A stretch of 34,673 nt of DNA from positions 1 through 34,673 of the forward strand of contig JANMLN010000120.1 in the NCBI GenBank assembly GCA_031372565.1, written 5' to 3'. Made by a program: the position numbers and the translations under genes. Positions 8,301 to 18,000 of this stretch are shown here, one piece after another (within the stretch, counting starts at the first letter, position 1; every line of letters begins with the position of its first letter). The DNA comes from Gemmatimonadota bacterium (lineage in GTDB: Bacteria; Gemmatimonadota; Gemmatimonadetes; Gemmatimonadales; Gemmatimonadaceae). Below the pieces are notes generated by a model. The model was not told where the DNA came from. It ran no database searches and saw only the letters and a program-made list of their open reading frames with translations.

Positions 8301-11300
8301 GTTCCGGCACAGGTTGCGGTCGTTGCTCCGGTCGCAGTCGCTCCTGCACCTCTCGCCGAACGGGCGCCGTCACCGGCACCGGCATCAGCCGCAACATTCT
8401 CGGCGCCGCAGACGCCCGTGGTCACGCCGCCTCGCGCGGCGACCGCAGCCGCGCGCGCGCCGCTCTCCTCATTGCATGGCTCATCGATGAACACGCCGGA
8501 TTGGATCGACTCGCTGCAGCGTCTGCAGGCTCCCGCGATTGCGGCGCAGATGGAGTTCCAGCGCCTCATGGCCGACAGCCACATGGCCTTCCTCCGTGCG
8601 GTGGAAGGGTCGTACGGCGCGGTGCTGCCGGGCGCGCCAGCGGCGCCGTCTGCGGCGCCGCTGCCTCACGCCGCTCCGGTGCCCATGCCGCAGCTCGCCG
8701 CGCCGGTGGCCGTCGTGCCGACGGCACCCATTGCGGCACCCATGGCCGCACCGGTTGTCGCGGCTGCACCAGTTGTGGTCGCAGCACCCGTGGTCGTTGC
8801 AGCGCCCGTTGTCGTCGCCGCGCCTGCTGTCGTTGTCGCGCCGCCCGCGACGATGGCGCTGCAGCCGCTGCTGCTCGAGATCGTCGCCGAGAAGACGGGC
8901 TATCCGGCCGAGATGATCGACACCGAGATGGACATGGAAGCCGACCTTGGCATCGATTCCATCAAGCGCGTGGAGATTCTCTCCGCCATGCGGGCGCAGG
9001 TGCCCGATCTGCCGCAGGTGGCCACGAGCAAGATGGCCGCCACGCGCACGCTCGCGCAGATCATCGAGCTGTTCGGCGGATCGGTCGCGACCGGGAACCA
9101 GGGCGCCGCAGCACCGACGCCCATGGTCGCGGCCCCCGTGACCGCTGCAGCCCCCGCGGCCGCCACACGGCTGCGCGACCTGCAGCCCACGCTGCTCGCG
9201 ATCGTGGCGGAGAAGACCGGCTATCCCGCGGAAATGATCGACACCGAGATGGACATGGAAGCCGATCTCGGCATCGATTCCATCAAGCGCGTCGAGATTC
9301 TCTCGGCGATGCGTGCGCAGGTGCCCGATCTGCCGCAGGTGGCCACCACCAAGATGGCCGCGACGCGCACGCTGGCGCAGATCATTGAACTGTTTGGTGG
9401 TGCCTCGGAGGGTGGTGCGCAGGTCGTCGCCAGCGCTGTGCCGGCTGTCGCGGTATCGGCTGTTGCACCGGTGGCCGCATCGCGCGTGAGCGAGCTGCAG
9501 CCCATTCTGCTCGCGATCGTGGCCGAGAAGACCGGTTACCCCGCGGAGATGATCGACACCGACATGGACATGGAGGCCGACCTCGGCATCGATTCCATCA
9601 AGCGCGTGGAGATTCTCTCGGCCATGCGCACGAGCGTACCCGATCTGCCGCAGGTGGCCACCACGAAGATGGCGGCCACGCGGACGCTGGCCGAGATCAT
9701 CGCGCTGTTCGGTGGCGCCGCCGACGCGAGTGTGCTGGCCGCGCCGACCACAGGGTCGGCGCCGGCGGTGGCTGTTGCGTCCGACGCGCTCCCGCCGGTG
9801 GCGCGCATTGCGGTCCGCGCACGTCCGGCCGCCGCAATCGGCTTTGCGGCGCCGTGGCTGCGCGGGGCCGCGCCGATCGTCGTGACGCCCGACGGGGCGG
9901 GGGTGGCGCAGTCGGTGGTGCAGCTGCTCACGGCGCGCGGCGTGAACACCGTGGAAGCGCCGGTCGATGCCGTGCCGGCAACGGCGGGCGGCGTGATCTT
10001 CCTGGGCGGGCTGCGCGCCGTGGCGGGTGATGCCGCGGTGGCGGTGAATCGCGAGGCATTCCAGGCCGCGCGCACCGTGGCGGCACACTTCCGCGAGCAT
10101 GGTGGACTGTTCGTGACGGTGCAGGATACCGGTGGCGACTTCGGCCTCTCCGGACGCGACGCGGGTCGGGCATGGCTGGGTGGCATTGCCGCGCTCACCA
10201 AGACGGCGCGCGATGAGTGGCCGTCGGCAACGTGCAGGGCGATCGACGTCGAGCGTGCCGGCCGCAGCGATGCTGCGGTGGCGGAGGTGATCGTGTCGGA
10301 GCTGTTCGGCGGCGGCCCCGAAGTCGAAGTGGGCCTGTCGGGCGCGGGCGAGCGGATCACGCTGGCCAGCGTGCCCTGTGCCGTGTCGCCGGCGCTCGCG
10401 CCGATGGCGCCGGGTGCGGTCTTCGTGGTGACGGGTGGTGCGCGCGGTGTCACGGCAGCGTCGCTCGTCGCGCTCGGGCGTGCCGCGCAGCCGCGTCTCG
10501 TGATTCTCGGACGTACGGCGCTGCTCGATGAACCCGCCGTGTACCGCGCCGCGACGACCGAAGCGGCGCTCAAGCGCACCGCGATGGAAGCGGCGAAGAA
10601 TGCCGGCCGCTCGGTCTCGCCGAAGGAGATTGGCGCCGAAGTGGAGCGCATTCTCGCGGCACGCGAGGTGCGCGAGACGCTCGCGCAGCTCGCGGCCACC
10701 GGCGCGCAGGTGCGCTACGACGCGGTGGACGTGCGCGATCCCGCGGCGCTCGCGGCGCTGTTCGCCGACGTGCGCACCACGTGGGGCCCGATTCAGGGAC
10801 TCGTGCACGGCGCCGGCGTCTTGGCCGATGCGTTCATCGACAAGAAGACCGATGCGCAGTTTGATCGCGTCTTCGACACCAAGGTGCTGGGGCTGCAGGC
10901 GCTGCTCGCCGCCACGGCATCCGACCCGCTGCAGGTGATCTGCCTCTTCTCGTCGGTGGCGGCGCGTGGCGGGAACGCGGGACAGTCGGACTACGCGATG
11001 GCCAACGAGGTGCTGAACAAGGTGGCCGCGGTCGAAGCCCGTCGTCGTGATGGAAAGTGTCGCGTCGTGTCGATCGGCTGGGGCCCGTGGGACGGCGGCA
11101 TGGTGACGCCAGCCCTGCGTGGTCACTTTGTGGAGCGAGGCGTGGCCCTGCTGCCCGTCGCGGCCGGCGCCGATGCCTTCGTGAAGGAGCTGATGGCGCC
11201 CGCGACGGATGACGTGGAGATCGTGATCGGTGGTGGCGATGCCGGACTCCATGGCGGTGAGGCGCCGGGCGGCAGCGTGCTGGCGCGCATGGAAGTCACC

Positions 11301-12089
11301 GTGACGGCCGCTTCGCATCCGCAGCTCGAGAGCCACCGCATTCAGGGCAAGCCGGTCCTGCCGGTGGTGATGGCGGTGGAGTGGTTTGCGCGGGTCGCGC
11401 GGGCCCTCTTTCCCGAACGGCCGTCGGTGCAGCTGCGCGATGTGCGCGTGGTGCGCGGCATCGTGCTCGCAGGCTACGACGGCGCGGGCGACCAGTTCAC
11501 GATGCTGGCGACCGCGGGTGCGAAGGGAGTGGAGCTCGAACTGCGCGATGCGTCGAACGCGCTGCGCTACGCCGCAGTCATCGAACCCGGCGACGGCACG
11601 GCGAAAGCCGAACCGCTCAACGGTGCGAAGCTCGGCAAGAGCCCGTGGCAGGGGGCGGAGATCTATTCTCCGAGCACGCTCTTTCACGGCCGCGATTTTC
11701 AGGTGATCCGCACGGTGGACGGCGTCTCGCCGATCGGCGCTCGCGCGACGCTGGCCGGCACGGCCGACCTGGCGTGGCCGAGTGATGCGTGGGAAACCGA
11801 TCCGGCCGCGATCGACGGTGCGTTGCAGCTGGCGATTCTGTGCGGTCTTCCCGCCATCGGACCCACGCTGCCGCTGCGCATCGGTCGGATCGGCTACGCC
11901 GGTGGTCTCGTGACCAGCCCGATCCACTGCGCGCTGCTGGTGCGCAGTCAGTCGCCGGAGCGCATCGTGTGTGACATCACGCTCGTGGGAAGCGATGGCG
12001 CCACGATTGCCGATCTGGTGGACGTGGAGATGTACGCGGTCCCGAGTGGCAACACGACGAACACGGTGTTGACGGCCGCCAACGCATGA
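5382..12089 (+). CDS. pfaA: PfaA/Pfa2-type PUFA synthase subunit: KS-MAT-ACP x3-KR-DH
   Basis: KS triad DAACAGS / EAHGTGT / IGHTK; MAT FPGQGSQ, GHSLG, AFHS; three ACPs with LGIDSIKRVEIL; KR VTGGARGVT, HGAGV, YAMAN; PKS-type DH HRIQGKPVLP and DGALQ. Start at 5382 or 5427. Confidence 0.95.
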   Translation: MTHSAETDALSTSHRMHPIAVVGLGALFPGSSTVGGYWRDIIESRDRLTEVPRSHWLRDDYFDPTPGTADKIYATKGGFMPSVEFSPLEFGMPPNAMPSTDTAQLLALVVAKRVLEEATRGKYESVDRSRMSVVLGVASATELVAHMSGRLQRPVWEYAMRQAGLDDEEVARISKVIDGCYVPWQESTFPGLLGNVVAGRITNRLDLGGTNAVVDAACAGSLAAMAMAVNDLALGNSDLVITGGVDALNDILMYMCFAQTGALSVSGDCRPFSDQSDGTMLGEGIGMLALRRLEDAERDGDAIYAVIRGLGSSSDGKAKSIYAPSARGQTLALRRAYERAGYGPETVGLVEAHGTGTVAGDMAEFEALKQVFEEADTPAGHCALGSVKAQIGHTKAAAGAAGMIKAVLALHHKVLPPTVKVRAPNPKLGIDDSPFYLSTEARPWVHAASYPRRASVSALGFGGTNFHVALEEYTGPSEHPLRLRTLPAELLLLSADTPAALASSCRAMATACTTEGALEHVAKRSQAAFSAAAAARVSVVASDEADAREKLAFAAEMIEKTVAAGGTSFSSPKGVSYGTGAPDGSVAFLFPGQGSQYVGMGGELAMHFDAMREVLDAATATVGDAAIGDTLAARLFPQPVFSDAARTVQGTRLSETEWAQPAIAATSLGMLRMLDGLGVQPSVVAGHSLGEVTAAVAAGMFDAETGVAVARKRGELMAAASETPGTMTAAASDPATVTRVVAGIDVVLANHNSPTQVVLSGAVTEVVRAEQALVAAGIDARRLRVSNAFHSPLVHASVEPFQEFLRGVRASAPRVPYYANATAAAYPVDAVAACTQLAEAIAEPVRFVEQIEAMYAAGARTFIEVGPDAVLSRLTERCLAGRPHLAVPLDQRGKSGVTALFMALGRLASAGVSFNTDSLWHGQRLPEDPATKQKAKFSIELNGANYGKPYPPREPEVRVPRPAAVKAIAAPVVVPAQVAVVAPVAVAPAPLAERAPSPAPASAATFSAPQTPVVTPPRAATAAARAPLSSLHGSSMNTPDWIDSLQRLQAPAIAAQMEFQRLMADSHMAFLRAVEGSYGAVLPGAPAAPSAAPLPHAAPVPMPQLAAPVAVVPTAPIAAPMAAPVVAAAPVVVAAPVVVAAPVVVAAPAVVVAPPATMALQPLLLEIVAEKTGYPAEMIDTEMDMEADLGIDSIKRVEILSAMRAQVPDLPQVATSKMAATRTLAQIIELFGGSVATGNQGAAAPTPMVAAPVTAAAPAAATRLRDLQPTLLAIVAEKTGYPAEMIDTEMDMEADLGIDSIKRVEILSAMRAQVPDLPQVATTKMAATRTLAQIIELFGGASEGGAQVVASAVPAVAVSAVAPVAASRVSELQPILLAIVAEKTGYPAEMIDTDMDMEADLGIDSIKRVEILSAMRTSVPDLPQVATTKMAATRTLAEIIALFGGAADASVLAAPTTGSAPAVAVASDALPPVARIAVRARPAAAIGFAAPWLRGAAPIVVTPDGAGVAQSVVQLLTARGVNTVEAPVDAVPATAGGVIFLGGLRAVAGDAAVAVNREAFQAARTVAAHFREHGGLFVTVQDTGGDFGLSGRDAGRAWLGGIAALTKTARDEWPSATCRAIDVERAGRSDAAVAEVIVSELFGGGPEVEVGLSGAGERITLASVPCAVSPALAPMAPGAVFVVTGGARGVTAASLVALGRAAQPRLVILGRTALLDEPAVYRAATTEAALKRTAMEAAKNAGRSVSPKEIGAEVERILAAREVRETLAQLAATGAQVRYDAVDVRDPAALAALFADVRTTWGPIQGLVHGAGVLADAFIDKKTDAQFDRVFDTKVLGLQALLAATASDPLQVICLFSSVAARGGNAGQSDYAMANEVLNKVAAVEARRRDGKCRVVSIGWGPWDGGMVTPALRGHFVERGVALLPVAAGADAFVKELMAPATDDVEIVIGGGDAGLHGGEAPGGSVLARMEVTVTAASHPQLESHRIQGKPVLPVVMAVEWFARVARALFPERPSVQLRDVRVVRGIVLAGYDGAGDQFTMLATAGAKGVELELRDASNALRYAAVIEPGDGTAKAEPLNGAKLGKSPWQGAEIYSPSTLFHGRDFQVIRTVDGVSPIGARATLAGTADLAWPSDAWETDPAAIDGALQLAILCGLPAIGPTLPLRIGRIGYAGGLVTSPIHCALLVRSQSPERIVCDITLVGSDGATIADLVDVEMYAVPSGNTTNTVLTAANA
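8859..9716 (+). repeat. Three near-identical tandem ACP-coding repeats (about 8859-9080, 9180-9401, 9495-9716)
   Basis: LQPxLLxIVAEKTGYPAEMIDTxMDMEADLGIDSIKRVEILSAMR...LPQVATxKMAATRTLAxIIxLFGG occurs three times, separated by Ala/Pro/Val-rich linkers. Confidence 0.95.
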
Positions 12090-15000
12090 GGTCCGCTGTA
12101 CCGTCGTTTGCACCGATTGCCATCGTCGGGCAGGGCTGTGTCCTGCCCGGCGCGCTGTCGCCGGATGCACTCTGGGAGCTGGTCCTGGCTGGGCGGTCGG
12201 CGATCGCGCCTGCCGCGGACGATCTGTGGCGGATTGATGCCGGAGCGGATCGTGCACAGTTGCACCGTGAGATCGCCAGCACCATGGGCGGCCACGTTGA
12301 CGGGTTCGATCGCGTGTTCGACGCCAACGGCTTCGCCGTGCCTGCACACGCGCTGCAGGGGCTCGATCCGGTCTTCCTCTGGACGCTGCACGCGGCGCGC
12401 GAAGCGCTCCGCAGCGCCGGGATGTCGCCGCTCGAGCGGCGGCCGCGCGCGGCACTGGTGCTTGGCAACCTGAGTTATCCGACGCCGGGGCTCGTGGACT
12501 TTGCCCTCGAACAGTGGGCGGAAGACCGCACGCGCACGGCGCACGAGGATCCGCGCAACCGCTTCATGTCGGGCTTTCCGGCGCATCTGGCGGCCGAGGC
12601 GCTCGGGTTTGGCGGACGCGCGTTTGCGATCGACGCCGCGTGTGCCTCGTCGTTGTATGCCATCAAGCTGGCCTGTGACGCGTTGCACGATGGCACCGCC
12701 GACCTCGCCATCGCCGGTGGCGTGAACCACGCCGACGACCTCTTCCTGCACGGCGGCTTCTCGGCGCTCAACGCGCTCAGCCCCACCGGGCAAAGCCGCC
12801 CGTTCCATCGTGACGCCGACGGCCTCGTGCCGGCGCAGGGTGCCGCGCTGCTGGTGCTCGAGCGTCTGGACGATGCGGTGGCCAACGGTCGCCAGATTCT
12901 CGGGGTCATTCGCGGCGTGGGGCTGTCGAACGATGGCCGCAGCCGCGGGCTCATGGTGCCCGCCGAGGAAGGACAGGTCCGGGCGCTGCGTGCCGCCTAC
13001 GAAGAGAGCGGTCTGTCGCCGCGTGACATCTCGCTGGTCGAGTGCCACGCCACGGGGACGGTCGTGGGTGATGGGGCCGAAGTGCGCAGCATGCGTGAGG
13101 TCTTTGCCGATGCGCGTGCGCTCCCCGTGGGCTCGCTCAAGTCGAATGTCGGTCATCTCATCACCGCGTCGGGTGCAGCAGCGGTGATCAAGGTGTTGGC
13201 GGCAATGCGCCACAAGGTGCGTCCGCCCACCCGCACCGCCGACGCGCCCATCGACGAACTCGCCGATGGCATGTTCCGGCTGTTGGTCTCGGCCGAGCCA
13301 TGGGACGCGCCGGTTGATGGTGCACCGCGCCGCGCCGCGATCAGCAACTTCGGATTCGGCGGAAACAACGCGCACCTGGTGCTCGAGGAGTGGACGGGTG
13401 CTGCGGCTGCGGTCGCGCCGCGCGTGCCTTCGTCGGCGCGCGCTGGTGCCATCGCGATTGTCGCGCAGTCGGTCCGCACCGGTGCCACCGGCGGACGGTT
13501 CACCGATGCCGTGTTTGGCGCGGCGGTGGCCGACGGTGCGGTCGCGAGCAGCAATGCCGAAGTCACGATTGCCCTCGACGCGGCCGGGCTGCGCTTCCCG
13601 CCCAACGATCTGAAGGCCACGCTGCCGCAGCAGACGCTGTTGCTGTCGATGGCGCTGGAGATGGGCGCGGCGCTTGAGCGGCTGCCGCGGGAGCGCACGA
13701 GTGTGCTCATCGGGATGCAGTGCGACGCCGAAGTGGCGCGTCATGCCATCCGCTGGTGTGGCGCGCGGCCGTGGGTGGCGGCGCTGCCGCCTTCCTTGGC
13801 CAACGATTCGCTCACGGCGGCGTCGGTGGTGGGGTGCATGCCCAACATCGTGGCCAACCGGCTCAGTCACCAGTTCGATTTCCGTGGCCCGAGCTACACC
13901 GTGTCGTCGGAGGAGCTCTCGGGAGTGGCTGCGCTGGAGCTCGGTGCGCGCGCTTTGCGTGCGGGGGAGATCGACGCGGCGGTGATCGGCGCAGTGGATC
14001 TGTGCGCTGAGCCCGTGGCGGAAGCCGCCGCGCGCGCCGTGCTCGGCGCGGGCCGCGCCGAGGCGGGGGATGCGGCCGCACTGATGGTGCTCAAGCGTGA
14101 AGCCGATGCGATCCGTGACGGCGACACCATCCTGGCGCTGCTCGACGCGGATGGAGCCGATCAGTCGGTGGTGCCCACGTTCAGGTTCGCACTCACGGCC
14201 ACCAGCGCCGGCCTCACGCCGCGCGTGGGGCATGCGCACGCAGCGTCCGGGCTGTTGCATGTGGCCGCCGCGATCGAGGCGTGCGCGCATCGCGCGGAGC
14301 CGTCGGCGGTGGGACCGATGCCCTGGTTGCCGCGGGACGGGGCGCGCGTGGTCGAGGTGGAGGTGGAGGCGCTCGGACAGCAGGCGCGCACGCTCGCGGT
14401 GCGCGCGGCGTCAACAGCAACGCCCTCGAGCGCGCTGTTCCTCACGTCGCAGCCGCGGTTGGCGGTCTTCGTGGCCGACACCGTTGCGGCGATGGTGGAT
14501 GTGCTGACGCGCCGAGACGAGTACATGGGGCGCACCGGGACTGACGCGGTGGTGGCCGGTGTGCGCGTGTCCATCGTGGCCGAGTCCGATGTGGAACTCG
14601 ACATGCGGGTCGAGCGCGCGATCGCGCTGCTGCGTGCCCCGGGAGGCGACGCCGTCGTGGGCACCATCGACGACGGGATTCACGTCGGGCGTGGCGCGCT
14701 CGATGGAGAACTGTCGTTCGTGTACACCGGTGCTGCCGGCGCGTATCCGCACATGGGGCGCGATCTCGCGCTGGCCTTTCCCGAGCTCGTGGACCGTTTC
14801 GCGGCGCGTGCCAACTCCGTGCGGGACGCTGCGGGATGGGTATACAGCGACGATCCCGCGTTGCAGACCACGCCGATGGACAAGCTCTGGGGCGCATCGT
14901 ACCTGAGCCAACTCCACACGGAGCTCACCCGTCACCTGCTGGGTCTCCGGCCCACCGCCGCGATCGGCTACTGCTCCGGCGAGACCAATTCGCTGTTCGC

Positions 15001-18000
15001 ACTCGATGCGTGGGGCGATCTGGACGGCTTCCGCGACGACGTCGCGAACAGTCACGTGTACGATCGCTGGTTGTGCGGCGAGCTGCGGTGTCTGCGTCCG
15101 GCGTGGCAGCTCGCGGACGATGCGCCCACCGACTGGTCCACGTGGCGCATCCGCGCACCGGTGGCCGACGTGCGCGCCGCCGTGGCCAGCGAGGAGCGTG
15201 CGCACCTGGTGATCATCAACGCGCCCGCCGACGTGGTGGTGGCCGGCGACCCGCAGGCCTGCGAGCGGATCGGCGCCATGTTTGGACGGCGTGCCGCGCG
15301 CACCCCCGGCTACGATTTCGTGATGCACTGCCCGGAAGCGCACGAGTACGAGTCCCGGTGGCGCGCGCTGCACACACGGCCCACGGTCGACGTGCCCGGA
15401 CTCCGCTTCTACACGCACGCAACGCGTTCGAGCTATCACGCGAGCACGCAGGCCGCAGCCGACGCGCTCACTGGGCAGGCCATGCACATGGTGGACTTCC
15501 CGGCGATGGTGGAGCGTGCGTACGCCGACGGTATTCGGGTCTTTGTCGAACACGGCCCGCACGCCGGGTGCACCAAGTGGATCGGCGAAGTCCTGGGCGA
15601 TCGACCGCACGTGGCGATCGCGTTGGATCGGTATGGTGACTCCTCCCTCTTGCTTGCCGTCGACGCAGCGGCTCGTCTGTTCGCGGCCGGTGTGCCGGTC
15701 GAACTCGACGCGCTGCGCACCACGTTGCGTCCTGCGCGGCGCAGCGCCGACGCGGCGCTCCCCCGCTCACCTGGTAGTCGTTCGCTGCCGCTGTCGTTGC
15801 CCGCACACCCCATTGCCGTCCCTCGGATGCCGAACGTGTTGCAGGTCCCTGTCCCGACAGCTGCTGCGTCCAAGGTGGGGCAGAACGGCGCGAATGGTCG
15901 CGCGGTGAATGGTGCGGTGAATGGTGCGTCGCACGGCGCGTCGAACGGTTCGTCGCACGGATCCGGAGAGTTCATGGCGCCCGCCCCGCGGCTGGCGTCA
16001 TCGCGGTTCAGCGTGCCGACAGCGGCGCCCGTGACGGCGGCGCCGGCGTCGGCAGCGCCCGTGACGACACGCGTGGTTGCTCCCGAGGCGTACGCGGTGG
16101 AGCCCGCGCCAGCACCGGTACTGACACCGACGACAGCGCCCAAGTCGCACGTCGCCGCATCGCCGAGCGCCGAGAGCGCCACACCGTTCGCGGCGGCCGC
16201 GAACAGCCTGGCCAGCCACCATGCACAGCTCGCCGAGCTGCACACCGCCTTCCTTCGTCAGCAGTTCGAGGCACAGGCGCGCTTCACGAACATCATGCTC
16301 GCGCCGCTGGCGCAGTGGGCCACCGGTCAGGTGGGCGCCGACGCACAGCGCGGCAGTTACGAGGTTATTGCCGCACCGGCCGTGGCCGTCGCACCCGTGG
16401 CGCCGGTCGCGCCCGTTGCAGCCATCGCGCATGCCGCACCCGTTGCGGCTCCGGTCCCGTCGCCCGTGATGCGCGCCCCGGTTGCCGCCGCTTCGGCTCC
16501 GGTGACCGCTGCACGGACGCCCGCCTCTCCTCCCGCACCAGCCCCGGCATCCGCCGCCGCCATCAAGGCGCCGCTCGTGCGCCGAGTCCCGCCGCCGCGC
16601 ACCCCGACCGGCCCCACCTTCGATCGCGCCGCGCTCGAGATCCACGCCGGTGGTGAGATCTCGAAGATCTTTGGACCGCTCTTTGCCCAGCAGGACGTGC
16701 ACGCGCGCCAGGTGCGCATGCCCGAGCCGCCGCTGCTCCTCGCCGATCGCGTGCTCGGCATCGAAGGCGAAGCGGGCACCATGGGCACCGGCACCATCTG
16801 GACCGAGACCGATGTGCGCGCGGACGCGTTCTACCTGCACGAAGGGCGCATGCCGGCCGGTGTCATGGTGGAATCGGGTCAGGCCGACCTCATGCTCATC
16901 TCGTGGCTCGGTGCCGACTTCCACAACAAGGGCGAGCGCGTCTACCGTTTGCTCGGCTGTGAACTCACCAGTCACGGCCCGCTGCCCACGATCGGCGACA
17001 CGCTGCACTACGAGATCCTCGTCGACGGTCACGCGGAACAGCAGGGAGTGCGCCTCTTCTTCTTCCACTACAACTGCTGGGTGAACGGCGAATTGCGCAT
17101 GAGCGTGCGCAGCGGGCAGGCCGGCTTCTTCACCGACGAAGAGCTCGCGAACTCGGCCGGTGTGCTCTGGTCGCCGGAGTCGGTCACGCCCACCCCTGAT
17201 GCGCGGGTTGCCGCGCCGATCGCGCTCTCCACGCGTCGCGCGTTCAGCGCCGACCAGGTGACCGCGCTGATCGAGGGACGACTCGCGGACTGCTACGGTC
17301 CCGGCTTCGAGCGGGCTGATGCGCATACGCGCACGCCGACGATCGCTGGCGGCAGGATGCGACTGCTCGACGAGGTCACGCACTTCGATCCCACGGGCGG
17401 CCCGTGGGGACGCGGCTATCTGCGTGCCACGCTCGGTCTCACGCCGGATCGCTGGTTCTTCGACGGGCACTTCAAGAACGATCCGTGCATGCCCGGCACC
17501 CTGATGCTCGAGGGTGGCCTGCAAGCGATGCAGATCTTCATGACGGGACTCGGATTCACGCTCGACCACGACGGCTCGCGCTTCGAGCCGGTGCCGGAGC
17601 AGAACTACAGTCTGCGTTGCCGCGGGCAGGCCACGCCGGCCTCGCGCGAAGTGGTGTACGAGATCTTCGTCGACGAAGTCGTCGGGGGAGACACCCCGAC
17701 GCTCTACGCCGACATCATGGGCTCGGTGGACGGCCGCAAGGCGTTCCACTGCAAGCGCATGGGGCTGCGTCTCGTGCCTGCGTGGCCGCTCGATGCAGGC
17801 CGCACGGCGGTGACCATCGCGCCCGATCCGCGCCCGGTGGCGGTCGTGGATGGCTTCCGCTTCGACTACGCGTCGCTCCTGGCCTGCGCGTGGGGGGTTC
17901 CATCGTCCGCGTTCGGCCCGATGTACCAGCGCTTCGACGGCACGCGCCGCGTGGCGCGCCTGCCCGGTCCGCCATACCACTTCATGTCGCGCGTGTCGCG

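Noticed and set aside
8750..8850. (VVVAAP)n repeat in PfaA as a separate element
   Set aside because: An ordinary low-complexity Ala/Pro/Val linker preceding the ACPs.
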